A stretch of 36,714 nt of DNA from Nemertoderma westbladi (Eukaryota; Animalia; Xenacoelomorpha): contig JAUCBJ010003440.1 of assembly GCA_032718475.1 (NCBI GenBank), positions 1-36,714 of the forward strand, written 5' to 3'. This document shows positions 11,561 through 22,860 of the stretch, piece after piece. Both the position numbers and the translations under genes were made by a program. Below the pieces are notes generated by a model. That model did not search any database, was not told where the DNA came from, and worked only from the letters and a program-made list of their open reading frames with translations. How positions within the stretch are numbered: position 1 is the stretch's first letter; each line of letters begins with the position of its first letter.

Positions 11561-12965
11561 CCCTATTACCACTGGGGGGGGGGGGGGCGAATCGGCCCCT
11601 TCCTAGTTTTTAGTTGCTGTAACTATGCAACTACATTACGTACCGGCCCAATTTTTTGTGAGAATTAGCCAAATTTAATGCCGCATCTTTTGCAAAAAAC
11701 GCCGTTGCAATTGGATTTCTACTTTTCGATGTGGGTGCCACCTCAAAATTTGGTCTCCAGCACCAAATGTTTTGAAAATTTCGAATTTTACAAAGTCATT
11801 CGTGATTTAGTAATTATTTATGTTTGGGCTATTTTTATTTATTTTTATTGGTTTGGATCACTCTAATGCTCTATACAAGTATGTAAGTGTAGTGGTACGT
11901 CATTTTTGGAGCACCAAATTTAGGGCGTGGTCAAAATTACTTTATTCAGAAAATTTACTAAAGTTCTGATTTCGAAGCATTTTTATTGGTTTTCTGGAGC
12001 GCTGAATCGATTAAAAGTAGTATAGAAGCCTGAAGACTTAGTGGTTCGCCATTTTTGGTGCACCAAAATTAGGGCTTGGCACTTCAAATTTTGAAAAATA
12101 CGAGATTCGGAAAATACACTAAAGTTTTGATTTGCGAAGCATTTTTATAGGTTTTCTGGAGCGCTGAATCGATTGAAAGTAATATAGAAGCCTCAAATCC
12201 TTTGTGTACGTAATTTTCGGTGCACCAAAATTAGGGCGTGGCACTTCAAATTTTCAAAATTACTTTATCCGGAAAAAACACTAAAGTTTTGATTTCAAAA
12301 AATGGCTAACTTCTAAGTCTTCAGGCTTCTATATTACTTTCAATCGATTCAGCGGTCTGGAAAACCTATATAAATTCGTTAAAATTTCAATTTTGGTTTA
12401 TTTTCCGAATCTCGTATTTTTCAAAAATTTGAAGTGCCACGCCCTAATTTTGGTGCACCAAAAATGGCGAACCACTCAGTCTTCAGGCTTCTATATTACT
12501 TTCAATCGATTCAGCGGCCCAGAAAACCCATAAAGATGCGTTGAAATAAAAAAATTAGGGGCATTTTCTGAATATCTAATTTTTCAAAATTTGAAGTGCC
12601 ACGCCCACTTCTTAGGTGCACGAAAAATAGCATCCACTTCAATTTTTGGCAGTGGAATATAATCACATTCGATTCAGCGTCTTGAAAAACCTACTAAATC
12701 TAGCCAACACTGCCACACTATTAGTTTTTAGAAAACGAAAAATTTTGTAATTTTGTCCTGGGACTACTTTTATTTTTCATCAAAATTATGAGTCCCTGCT
12801 TATGAAATTTTAACTTTTTAAGGTTTGGTAGTGTTCATCTATAGTTGTTTCACCAACAGCCCAAATTTTGTAGGATTTCATTGGACGACTACAAAAATAT
12901 AGTGGGGGGCCGAATCGGCCCCCCCCAGTGGTGCTAATGGTCAAAACACCCCAGTGGTAATAGGG
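11561..12965. mobile_element. piggyBac-like non-autonomous element with internal foldback array
   Basis: TTAA at 11557-11560 and 12966-12969; perfect 17-bp TIR ccctattaccactgggg; subterminal gg(c)cgaatcggcccc at both ends; ~160-bp units in direct then inverted orientation; no ORF. Confidence 0.9.
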
Positions 12966-12969
12966 TTAA

Positions 12970-14030
12970 CAGGAGCTCTACAGTAGTATGCTATTGTCTA
13001 TATGCTATTGTCTTCAACAATAGATTCATCCTTCAAAGGAGTAGAGGTAAGTAATGGTACTGGCTGCTCTACTTCGATGTCAAAGTCCAACTTTCTTTTA
13101 CATTTGTCACGGCAAGGTATATTACTAGTTGGAGAGTCAGATACAATTACTGGGGAGTTTTGTGAATGAACTTGTAGTTGTAATAAGGGAACGAAATGGT
13201 TAGGTGTCCAAGTGGTGCTGGATTCCATACCACAATATATATATATATAGGAAATGATGGACAAGAACTAGATTTTACCATACCATAAGGCCGTGGCTTA
13301 AATGTTCTGTTCAGAATACGATTGCATGCATCCGTAAGACCATTGACAGGTGGATAAACAGAGTCAATAGGAATCCCTATTACAGATGCAGCTCCACAAA
13401 ACTTCCACGCTGAAGAAAATGCTCTGATTCTTGAACAGTCAAGAGATGATTTTGAATAATCTGGGGAGACTTTATCTAGATCCACATATGATGATGTGTT
13501 CTGCTCCTTATAATAATCAGCATGCTTAATCATCTCTTAACAAGTTCGATAACGTAGCTCTACAGCACATCCTTTATTGCCTGTTAATGCAACTGACAGT
13601 GCTGAAAAAAAATTACGAATCACCTGTTACAACTACTGGACATAAATGTGTACTTCCTTTCCCATACGTATGCAATAAATGTTGGGTTAACATATCGATA
13701 TCGTGAAAATTCCTGTTGAAATAGGCCATACAAGAAGGAACAATGAAGTCTTTGTTTCGTATTAAAATCAAATCCACTGAGACTGCTTTTTATAAGTAAG
13801 TTAATCCTTCAAGAGATGAGCTATATATGCGATCTATAGATTGGCCATAATTTATATTTCCTGTATTGTTGCATATACATCAGGCACAGTGGTAATCTTG
13901 TGGGGCCAATTCCAATGTACCTCAGTCTTCTTTAGTGAGTCTCTCACACTTTATATGGAACCAAAATTGGCATGAGCCACAATAAACAGTATTAGATTGA
14001 CAGTTTTGATTACAAATTCCAGATGGGTTA
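12970..14030 (-). pseudogene. N-terminal part of the decayed gene: PHD finger followed by vertnin-like OTU domain
   Basis: Minus strand ~14025-13880: SGICNQNCQSNTVYCGSCQFWFHIKCERL..YHCA*C (C4HC3, first Cys mutated). ~13640-13180: PVVVTGDS*F/FSALSVALTG..VELRYRTC*EM, FSSAWKFCGAASVIGIPIDSVYPPVN, NRTFKPR, WTPNHFVPLL. Confidence 0.8.
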
Positions 14031-14039
14031 AGTTTGTTA

Positions 14040-14209
14040 AATAAATAAATATAGACATAGACAAAGGAATATATTATATTCCTTTGTCTATGTCTATATT
14101 TATTTATTATATAAATATGTAAATATAGTAAAATAAATAATAAATAAATATAGACATAGACAAAGGAATATATTATATTCCTTTGTCTATGTCTATATTT
14201 ATTTATTAT
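14040..14209. repeat. Two tandem copies of a perfect ~70-bp palindrome
   Basis: 14040-14108 (34-bp arms, 1-nt loop) and 14137-14209 (36-bp arms, 1-nt loop); arm core aataaataaatatagacatagacaaaggaatata. Confidence 0.95.
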
Positions 14210-14917
14210 ATTTATTATTTATATAACAGTATAATATCATAGGGCCTACGATAGGCCTATATATATATTAGCTTATGGGCTCAACCGAATAATATTCAGA
14301 TACGGATTCTGAAATGTTAAAAACATTCACATCGGATCCTGCTATATTTCACATTCCATTGAGCTCTAGCCTATATTTATCTCAAATATATATAGACATA
14401 CCTACAGTGCATACAGTAAATTAGTTACCATATACCGGTACGGTAGTTTGAATTAGTATTAGTATTCTTGTATTAATAAGCCTTGAATATTTAGTATAGT
14501 GTTATTTAATAAACGGAACAAGCAATCCTGCTTGAAATTCATTGTGAAACAGGGCATGGTGTGGTAGAGATCGTATGCTGCATTATATTACATATATATT
14601 AAATATATTAAGAATGCTGTGCCGGCTTGTGGACAAAATTTCGAAGCCACAACTCCCTATCATCACCCATGACATTTGCTAGATCATCCGCATCTTCAAG
14701 GCCAGTGTCCTTTAACCCTATTAGTACCGGGCTATAAAATGTTGTACAAATACCGGGGGGGGGGGGGGGGGGGGGCGGTCATATCTAAAATCTACAAATT
14801 TTTACGAAAACGTCTCTGATTTTTTATTTGTACATAGGTATCACTAGTCTGGCTCTGACCGAAAAACGACGAAATGTACTGGGGTGGTTATATTGCAGCA
14901 CCAAAATTACAAGTAGT

Positions 14918-15150
14918 TGTAGCAACTTACAATATCGTTAAAACATATTAATTTGATTCTCAGTAAGTTGTTATATTAATATGGTCAGCGCTGTCAGATA
15001 AGCTGATTATCCTGGTGTTGTTGTTATGTTGCTAAGCAACATACCAATCTCACTATGTACTAACAGCTGTAGTCCTAATCTCAGCTATATGGGGAGGTGA
15101 GATAGGTCCTACTATTTAGAGTATTGTCCAGTAATTGTGACTCCGCCACA
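14918..15150 (-). repeat. 3' LTR
   Basis: Matches 19134-19366 with two visible mismatches (tggtc vs cggcc); preceded on the minus strand by a G-run PPT (~15154-15169). Confidence 0.97.
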
Positions 15151-15183
15151 TGACCCCCCCCCCCCCCCCAGACTCGAAATAGT

Positions 15184-17727
15184 TTACAAATAGTCCGGCG
15201 GGTGGATTGTTCGTCCTGACCGAGTTTGTGTGGGCGCTAAGGGTGGGCTCTGTGATGGGACAATTTTATTCGGAGCCGCTGGTTGTATGGGAACCGGAAT
15301 AGGGTTAGGTGGTCGACCACGGCGCCATGGATGGGCAAGGGTGACAGGTTTAGTTATGTCAAGATGTGCTGGTTTCAGTCGGTCGACCGAAACTGTTTCG
15401 GTACGACCCCCCATCTCAATCTTGAACGTTTTTGTTCTAGTTTCGAGAACCCTGTAGGGGCCCGCATAGGGCCGTTCTAGCGGTGTCTGGTGGGCATCGT
15501 GTCGGATGAAGACGTAGGTGGCGTTCTGTAGGCCCGGGGGAACTGACGACGAAGTCAAACCATGGCGTGATGTGGGAACCGGAACAAAACGCCCAACCAC
15601 TTGACGAAGTTGGGGAAGTATTGTTGATGGGGTGTGTTGGGTTTCTATAGACGGTGGTAGGAACTCTCCCGGGACAGTGAGCGGAGCACCATAAACGAGC
15701 TCGGCGGATGAGGTTCCTAAGTCGTCCTTGGGTGCTGTCCGGATTCCGAGAAGCACCCATGGTAATGCGTCTACCCTATCAGGGTTGTCGAGAGAGGCTC
15801 GAAGGGCAGACTTGAGATGACGGTGAAACCGTTCTACCAGTCCATTCGCCTGTGGGTGATACGCGGTGGTGCGGTGTAGTTGGGTGCCCAGCAGCTTGTT
15901 GATGGCCGACCAGAGGTGGGAGGTGAATTGTGAACCCCGGTCCGATGAGAGATCGGCTGGAACACCGAATCGGGCGATCCATGTCGAAATGAGTGCACGT
16001 GCACAGCTCTCTGTGGAAGTTTCGCTGAGGGGTACAGCCTCTGGCCACCGAGTGAAGCGGTCCACAATCGTCAGCAGGTGGGTGAAACCATGTGATGGTG
16101 GTAGAGGACCAACGAGATCAACATGTATGTGGTCGAATCGGCGGTGAGGGGTTGCGAAGGTGCCGAGGGGTGCACGTATGTTGCGTTGCACCTTGGAGGT
16201 CTGGCACGGGATGCAGGTCTTAACCCAGTCTCCTACTTCTTTGCGGAGGCCGTGCCAGACAAACATATCAGCAATGATTGTCTTGGTTGCGCAAGCCCCA
16301 GGGTGTGACAGACTGTGGATGGTGTTGAATACACGTCGTCGCCAGGCCTTGGGAACGACTGGGCGAGGGTGGCCGAGGGAGGTGTCGCATAGTAGTGTGG
16401 CACCTGATGGGCCAAGTGAGACGTCCTCCAGCTGAAGGCCGGAAACAGCCGTGCGGTACATGGCCATCTCTGTGTCGACAAGTTGAGCGTCCGCCATGGC
16501 CCTGTAGTCGAGCCCAGGAAGCAAGTTGCATATGGTGTTGGTATTAGTCCTGGAGAGTGCATCTGCCACACAGTTGTCTTTACCAGCAATGTGTTGGATA
16601 TCTGTGGTAAACTCCGAGATGTAGGAGAGGTGACGCTGCTGTCTATTGGACCATGGGTCACTGATCTTTGCGAGCGCAAAAGTTAGTGGTTTGTGGTCAG
16701 TGTACGCGGTGAAGGGCCAACCTTCCAGGAAGTACCGGAAGTGGCGGACTGCTAGGTACAGCGCAAGCAGCTCCCGGTCGAATGCACTATATTTGACTTC
16801 CGGGGGACGTAGTTGGCGGCTAAAGAACGCAAGGGGGCGCCATGAGTTACCGATGAGTTGTTCTAGAACAGCACCCACTGCTGTACCTGATGCGTCCACT
16901 GTGAGTGCTGTGTGGGCGTTGGTGTTGGGATGAGTTAACATCGTCGCATTGGCGAGGGCATCCTTTGCAATCTGGAAAGCATGATCCATGTTGGGAGTCC
17001 AGTTTAGTGTTTTGGGTTTCCCCGCCAGGGCCGCATATAGGGGTTGCATGATGTCAGCAGCGGAGGGGACGAACCGATGGTAAAAGTTTACCATCCCCAC
17101 AAACTCCTGTAGGCCTTTCACCGTGGTTGGCTGTGTAAACTCCTGGATGGTGGCGACCTTGTCGGGGAGCAGAACGGCACCGTGAGTTGAAATACGGTGG
17201 CCAAGGAAGTCGATTGTTTCACGACCAAACTGACATTTTGCCAGGTTGATAACAAGGCCTTGGTGTTGAAGGCGCATGAAGAGCTGATGGAGGTGTTCAC
17301 GGTGCTCCGACTTGGACCGACTTGCAACGAGAATGTCATCGAGGTAAACAAATATGAAGACGAGTCCCTGGCACACCGTGTCCATCAGTCTCTGGAAGGC
17401 CTGGGCTGCGTTCTTCAGCCCGAACGGCATCCGAAGGAACTCGAACAGTCTGAACGGGGTGATGACCGCAGTCTTGGCGATGTCGGCTTCTGTGACAGGG
17501 ATCTGGTGGTAGCCGCGCACCAGATCGATCTTCGAGAAGATCTTTGCACCTGCCAGTCGGGAGGAGAAGTCCTGGATGTGGGGAATGGGGTATCGGTCCG
17601 GAGTTGTGGCGTCGTTAAGTCGTCGGTAGTCGCCACACGGCCGCCAACCGCCCGAGGGTTTGGGGGCCATGTGGAGGGGCGACGCCCAGGGACTGTTGGA
17701 CCGGCGGATGATCCCCATCTCTTCCAT
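15184..17727 (-). CDS. pol: Gypsy Pol: reverse transcriptase, RNase H, integrase
   Basis: YLDD, VDASG..GAVL, YTDHKPL, HSLSHPG..CIPC (HHCC), [23 protein letters not shown] and PYAGPY (GPY/F); open 847 aa. Confidence 0.95.
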   Translation of the reverse strand: MEEMGIIRRSNSPWASPLHMAPKPSGGWRPCGDYRRLNDATTPDRYPIPHIQDFSSRLAGAKIFSKIDLVRGYHQIPVTEADIAKTAVITPFRLFEFLRMPFGLKNAAQAFQRLMDTVCQGLVFIFVYLDDILVASRSKSEHREHLHQLFMRLQHQGLVINLAKCQFGRETIDFLGHRISTHGAVLLPDKVATIQEFTQPTTVKGLQEFVGMVNFYHRFVPSAADIMQPLYAALAGKPKTLNWTPNMDHAFQIAKDALANATMLTHPNTNAHTALTVDASGTAVGAVLEQLIGNSWRPLAFFSRQLRPPEVKYSAFDRELLALYLAVRHFRYFLEGWPFTAYTDHKPLTFALAKISDPWSNRQQRHLSYISEFTTDIQHIAGKDNCVADALSRTNTNTICNLLPGLDYRAMADAQLVDTEMAMYRTAVSGLQLEDVSLGPSGATLLCDTSLGHPRPVVPKAWRRRVFNTIHSLSHPGACATKTIIADMFVWHGLRKEVGDWVKTCIPCQTSKVQRNIRAPLGTFATPHRRFDHIHVDLVGPLPPSHGFTHLLTIVDRFTRWPEAVPLSETSTESCARALISTWIARFGVPADLSSDRGSQFTSHLWSAINKLLGTQLHRTTAYHPQANGLVERFHRHLKSALRASLDNPDRVDALPWVLLGIRTAPKDDLGTSSAELVYGAPLTVPGEFLPPSIETQHTPSTILPQLRQVVGRFVPVPTSRHGLTSSSVPPGLQNATYVFIRHDAHQTPLERPYAGPYRVLETRTKTFKIEMGGRTETVSVDRLKPAHLDITKPVTLAHPWRRGRPPNPIPVPIQPAAPNKIVPSQSPPLAPTQTRSGRTIHPPDYL

Positions 17728-17751
17728 TTTGCGGAACTCCTCCCTCGCGAT

Positions 17752-19036
17752 TTACAGTTTATCTGGAGGTAGGCGACGGGCGTGGGCGTGCACGGGAGGT
17801 CCCTGCGTGGGGATGTAGTGCTCCACGCCGTGTTTCGCGGTCGGGTCAGAAAACCGTGGTACTGTAATGTCAGGATATTCGGCAAGTATCTGGGCGAACT
17901 CGTCATTGGAGGCAGCTATAGAACTAAGGTGGAGGGCGTGGCCCCGGGTCTGTCCACATGGGATCGAGATCCAAGTTTCGGCATCGACCAGACGGCAGCC
18001 TCTCAAGTCGACCAACAGGTTGTTGGCCCGGAGAAAGTCGGCTCCGAGGAGAGGCTGGGCGACATCAGCTGTAAGAAACTTCCACTCGAATCGTCGAGTG
18101 TGGAAGTTGAGTTTAACTTTGCGACCACCGTAAGTGTGGATAAAAGTTTTATTGGCAGCGAGGAGGGGAGGACCGCTCTGTCCCGAGCGCACCTCACGAG
18201 TTGTCGCCGGAATGACGCTGACCTCGGCCCCAGTATCCACCAAGAAGCGTTGCCCGGAATCGCGGTCCCAGGCAAATAGTAGCAGATCGGGGTGGCCGGC
18301 CGTGGTAACTGCGATTAACGGCCGGCCAGGGCGTTTCCCTGGAAATTACAGGGTGGTCGACACTTCTTGGCTTTTGACCCAAACCTCTGGTGAAAGTAAC
18401 ACCAGTCAGAGTTGGAGTTCAACGAGTTTGGAATGGGGTTTGGCGGCGCAGTTCTTCGGCTCAGTTCGGTGTAGGAAGGCTTCGGTTTGAGGACGGCATT
18501 GGTACTGACTGCGTGGACTGAGTCCTGCCCCGCGGCTTCCCACAAGGCATCAGCCCGCTCACCGACCTTGTCTAGGTTGCTGAAGTCTTCCTCCGCAAGT
18601 TGGAGGCGGATGGCTGTGGGCATTTGGCGGAGAAACGCCTCTTCGAAAAGGAGGCACGAATGGTCATCACCGAGCAGTGCCTGCATTTCATCCAGGAGGT
18701 GCGATGGACGGCGGTCGCCGAGTCCGTTTAGGTCCCAGAGCCTTGCGGCACGGTCGCGCCGTGAGAGGCCGTATGTTTTAATGAGTTTCGCCTTTAGGGA
18801 GTTATATTTATCTCCGGCTGGAGGATCTCATCGTATTACTAATACGATGAGACTATTAGGTTGAGGAGCCGGCTGGCGGTGTCTTGGTCCAAAGCACCCA
18901 CGACGTAGTAGTACTTCGTTTCATCCGCTATGATACTACGGATATTAAATTGTGCCTCGGCCTGGGCGAACCATACCTCAGGCTAGGAAGTCCAGAAGGA
19001 GGGAAGTTTCAGGGAGACTGCGTTCGCTTCAACCAT
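17752..19036 (-). pseudogene. gag: Gypsy gag and aspartic protease, disrupted
   Basis: ATG at 19036 gives MVEANAVSLKLPSFWTS*PEVWFAQAEAQF (premature stop); GLGDRRPS; WCYFHQRFG; FLVDTGAEVS..LLGADFL; frame breaks near 18830, 18315 and 17750. Confidence 0.9.
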
Positions 19037-19118
19037 GGTTGTTGATTTGGTTGAGAAAGTTCGTTAGTGATTCGGTCGCATCGGTTCTTTTGGGGTTTTC
19101 TCAAAAATTCGTTTTGAG

Positions 19119-19132
19119 ACGCCGGGTCACCA
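19119..19132 (-). promoter_or_regulatory. Primer-binding site (tRNA-Trp-like)
   Basis: TGGTGACCCGGCGT, 1 nt after the LTR end. Confidence 0.75.
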
Positions 19133-19133
19133 A

Positions 19134-19366
19134 TGTAGCAACTTACAATATCGTTAAAACATATTAATTTGATTCTCAGTAAGTTGTTATATTAATACGG
19201 CCAGCGCTGTCAGATAAGCTGATTATCCTGGTGTTGTTGTTATGTTGCTAAGCAACATACCAATCTCACTATGTACTAACAGCTGTAGTCCTAATCTCAG
19301 CTATATGGGGAGGTGAGATAGGTCCTACTATTTAGAGTATTGTCCAGTAATTGTGACTCCGCCACA
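19134..19366 (-). repeat. 5' LTR
   Basis: Second LTR copy, followed on the minus strand by TGGTGACCCGGCGT. Confidence 0.97.
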
Positions 19367-21684
19367 TAGTGCACAATTTTCACAAAATTTGAAAGTTACA
19401 TTTTTCGGCTAATTGTTTTTCAATACAGGTTTTCTGGGGCGCAAAGTACATTGGAAAATATTTAAAAATGATATGATTACTATAAATGGCTGTTAACTCC
19501 TCTGTGCGTAGGAAAAAAATGAAAAAAACAAGTAACCAGCACTTTTCAGTTAGAACACAAAATTTTTAATTCACTTATACGATGCTATAAATGCACATTT
19601 TCAGGTTTTCTAGGGCGCTGATTCTAATGGAATACATTTCTATGTAATATGCCAGATCATTGCTACTGTATTTGTCGGCGTAATTTGGCAAATTTTGGTG
19701 CTAGCACCAAATTTCGTACCCATCACCAAAAAGTACAAGTTTGCGATGTCCAGTTCTGTTTTTATTGATTCCATCGGATTCAAGACCCTCATAAAATATA
19801 TAATAATTAATATATAATATAAAACGCAAAAAATTAATTGTCACAAGCAATTTTATCTATTGAATGGATTTTCAAAATTTCGTGCTAGCACCAAAATTTG
19901 CACACAGCACCGAAAAATACAAGTTTGACGCGTTTGGTGCATCTCTTATATATTCCATCGAAACCAGAACCCAAAAAAACCCCAATTGAGTAAAATACAA
20001 GTTTCAAACAATCAATTTACAAAATTGTCATATTTCAAAATTTGGTGCTGGCACCAAATTTTGGCACCCGCCGAAAAAAACAAGTTTGAAATTTCGAAAT
20101 CAATTTATATGAATTCCATCCCATTGCTAACACCAAAAAACCGGTGTAAATCAAAAATAGAGATGTTACAAATCATATTTAATGAAATGTGATTTTCAAA
20201 AAACGTCTCAAAAAAAAGTGCCAAAACTAGGGATAAAAAATGGTGCTATAACTCGAAAACTACCGAATATTTTTGAAAATGGTTTTCTCTACTAGGAAGA
20301 CAATAGATTTTTAGGAAAAGTCATGGAATTTCAGATTCCCAACTGCGTTTGTTTCAGAATTATAACAAAAAACCACGGGTGGGTCATATTGAACCCCCCC
20401 CCCCCCCCCCGGGTTTAATAGGGTTAAGAGGCGTCTCAAGAAAGTCATGGGCTGTCCATCACACCATTCATATTCACTCTATGAGGCAGACTAAGCACAA
20501 GATCGTACTGGCTCTGGTCCCGACGGTGAAAGCAATGTCATGCAAAACGGAGGCGGCTATGTTCAAGTGTCAAGTTTTGGGAGACTAATGAAATTCCTAC
20601 ATACAGTAGTTTGTATGGGTTGAAGATGAGTTCGCAAAACAATTGAAATTAAATACATAGACAACATGTATACACTAGACTGCTACAGTCATAGCTCCAA
20701 GAATACGGTGTAGTTCAAGTGATTCTAACTTTAGAAAATCTAGCCTACTAGGGTATGATGTACTAGCATCTAGATTACACGTTTAAATAGTCGACGGGTA
20801 AAATGTTGGTTTGTATATGTGTTAGTACAGTATTTTTATGGGCCAACTGGGCCTGAAATAAAGCCAATAATAATAATAATAATAAAAATAGCGTTGAGTG
20901 GATTCCGGATTCCATTCGACCGGTATGTCACAAAGAACCAGTATCACTCCTTTATTCACCAATGGCTTTCAATGCTGCAATGTAACACTTACAGACTTAT
21001 GTGGGCCTATATTGTACTGCCATAAAAACATTAGGCCCTACCGCCCTAAACAAGTTTCTGCATTAGGGCGGCCCTGCTGAGAAGACATGCAGTGTTGTCC
21101 CTTACCTAGCTGATGCTCGGTATAATAGGTCGGTATACCTTTTAGTACATATGCCGTCGGTACCTACATACTGTGGGCCTACAGTATTAGCAGATCATCT
21201 TGTCATGCTTCGTGAGTATACAAAATAAATACCAAAGACTCAAGACCTGTACAAAACAAAAAGACCCACAGGTACATAAGAAAGACCCTATATATATATA
21301 TACAGTATGTATATGTACAGAACAGAGCTGGCTGACCTATACACATACCAACCTATACCAAGCTACTGTATATCGGTATTGATATGTCTAGGATCTAAGT
21401 TCCGTTCTTTCCCTTAACGCCAACACAACCCACACAGCCAACACTCCAACATATTTGTATTATTATGTTGTTTTCATATCTGCATAAGGTCGAATTCTCA
21501 GATGGACACCGAAATGCAGCATTATAAAACATTAACGCGATGCATCCATGGACATGGTCGCAATCCAAAACCAATTACAATCCGAAAACTAAATAATACT
21601 GTACTACCTATTTCAAAATAGCATTGATTCCATCTCATTGGCTCCAACAGTTATCCATATATGTATTTTGCCATAGGGCACTAG

Positions 21685-21905
21685 AGTAAAGAAAAAAATT
21701 AAAAAAACCGATAAATAAAGTATCGGACAAATAAAGTAAAAAAAAACGGACAAATAAATTGAAAAAACGGAGAAATAAAGTAAAAATAAACGGACCACTA
21801 AAGTAAAAAAAACAGACTAATAAAGTCAAAGAAAAAAACGAACAAATAAAGTCAAAGAAAAAACGGACAAATAAAGTAAAAAAAGGACAAATGAAGTCAA
21901 AGGAC
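21685..21905 (+). repeat. A-rich ~21-22-bp minisatellite
   Basis: About ten degenerate units of aaataaagt(c)aaaaaaaacggac. Confidence 0.85.
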
Positions 21906-22298
21906 TTATCGCGTTAATAATTAAAGGGCAAGAGATAATAACAATAATTGTTTATTCATTGTCATTGTTTATATAGAAATCTTTTAGTTTTCGAAATTAA
22001 AATATTTCCGTCCTTAATTAGTATATAATTAATTAATTAACCGATTTTAGTGAAAAAAATGTTTCCAATACATCAGATATGGGTCCTCTACAGTACATGA
22101 TGCAAAAAACAGAATCGCTGTAAGGCTGAAAGTTATAACATTAATGCATTATAGCTCAGTCTTCTAAATTATCAAGTTGTAAATTATTTATAAAAAGTAA
22201 ATTATAACAACTTATACAAAATAGAAACAAATACTATACTTGTATCTTGTACTTAGTCTTTTACTTAGTTGCTCGGTCTTCCTCTTAACACATTTTAA

Positions 22299-22860
22299 GC
22301 CTCGCTACGCTCGTCCTGTTCATATAATCATAAATATATGTAGCCCACAACATTCCACTAATACAGTAATAGAAGAATAGTGCTGATGAAAATAATAATT
22401 CAAGTACTAGAACTATAGACCGGTACATTACTCGTATCGATTATAAGCCTCGCTGCGCTCGTATTGTTCAAATCTTCCTAATAGCAGAACAGTTCTGATG
22501 AAAATAATATATAATTCAAGTACTAGACCGGATTGTTTCGGGGAGTTAACACATTTACTATCGTATCCATTTTCATGCCTCGCCGCGCTCGTCCTGTTCA
22601 TATAATCATCAATATATGTCTGCAGTAAAACATATAATTATTAATATAAAATTGCACGAAATTCCCACCATACCTATCAGAACAATAAAATAAAAAAGAT
22701 ATAAACAATACAATTAAAAAAAAGGGGGGTGCACCGGGGATTAATATCGGTCTGCGAGGTCATTGCCCCGCAGACCCGCACAATATATGTAGCCCACAAC
22801 ATTCCACTAATCAGCTAATAGTTCTGATGAAAATAATATATCACTCAAGTACTAGACGGG
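22299..22860 (+). repeat. Degenerate ~140-bp modular repeats
   Basis: gcctcgc(t/c)RcgctcgtYYtgttca at ~22299, 22448 and 22577; ctgatgaaaataat..caagtactaga at ~22383, 22495 and 22824; atatgtagcccacaacattccactaat twice; hairpin ggtctgcg..cgcagacc at ~22749-22777. Confidence 0.75.

Larger units (their letters stand above)
14918..19366 (-). mobile_element. Full-length Ty3/Gypsy LTR retrotransposon, 4-bp TSD
   Basis: Two 233-bp TG..CA LTRs; TSD tagt at 14914-14917 and 19367-19370; PBS and G-rich PPT; domain order gag-PR-RT-RNaseH-IN. Confidence 0.97.
14716..20423. mobile_element. Second piggyBac-like non-autonomous element (~1.25 kb of own sequence) hosting a Gypsy insertion
   Basis: TTAA at 14712-14715 and 20424-20427; imperfect TIR ccctattagtaccggg / cccgggtttaataggg; internal ~170-bp units with gcaccaaaatt motifs resembling those in 11561-12965. 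Confidence 0.85.
14608..20592 (-). mobile_element. Older 3' fragment of the same RTE family as 7359-9014, split into 14608-14715 and 20428-~20592
   Basis: 14608-14715 aligns by eye with 7394-7498 and 20428-20592 with ~7499-7660; the break is at the internal TTAA. Confidence 0.88.

Noticed and set aside
15230-19167. Many 60-190-aa ORFs overlapping or antisense to the Gypsy gag-pol
   Set aside because: Shadow frames of GC-rich coding DNA with no recognisable motifs. The same applies to 6605-7341, 7861-9017 and 23900-25055.
21613-21829. Hydrophobic Phe-rich ORFs resembling membrane peptides
   Set aside because: They are translations of an A/T-rich minisatellite. The same explains 30587-30880 and the tail of 33874-34401.
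22299-22860. Repeat-spacer pattern resembling CRISPR, and ctgatga motifs resembling hammerhead cores
   Set aside because: The repeats are degenerate, the 'spacers' themselves repeat, the context is eukaryotic with no cas genes, and no paired GAAA core with flanking stems was found.
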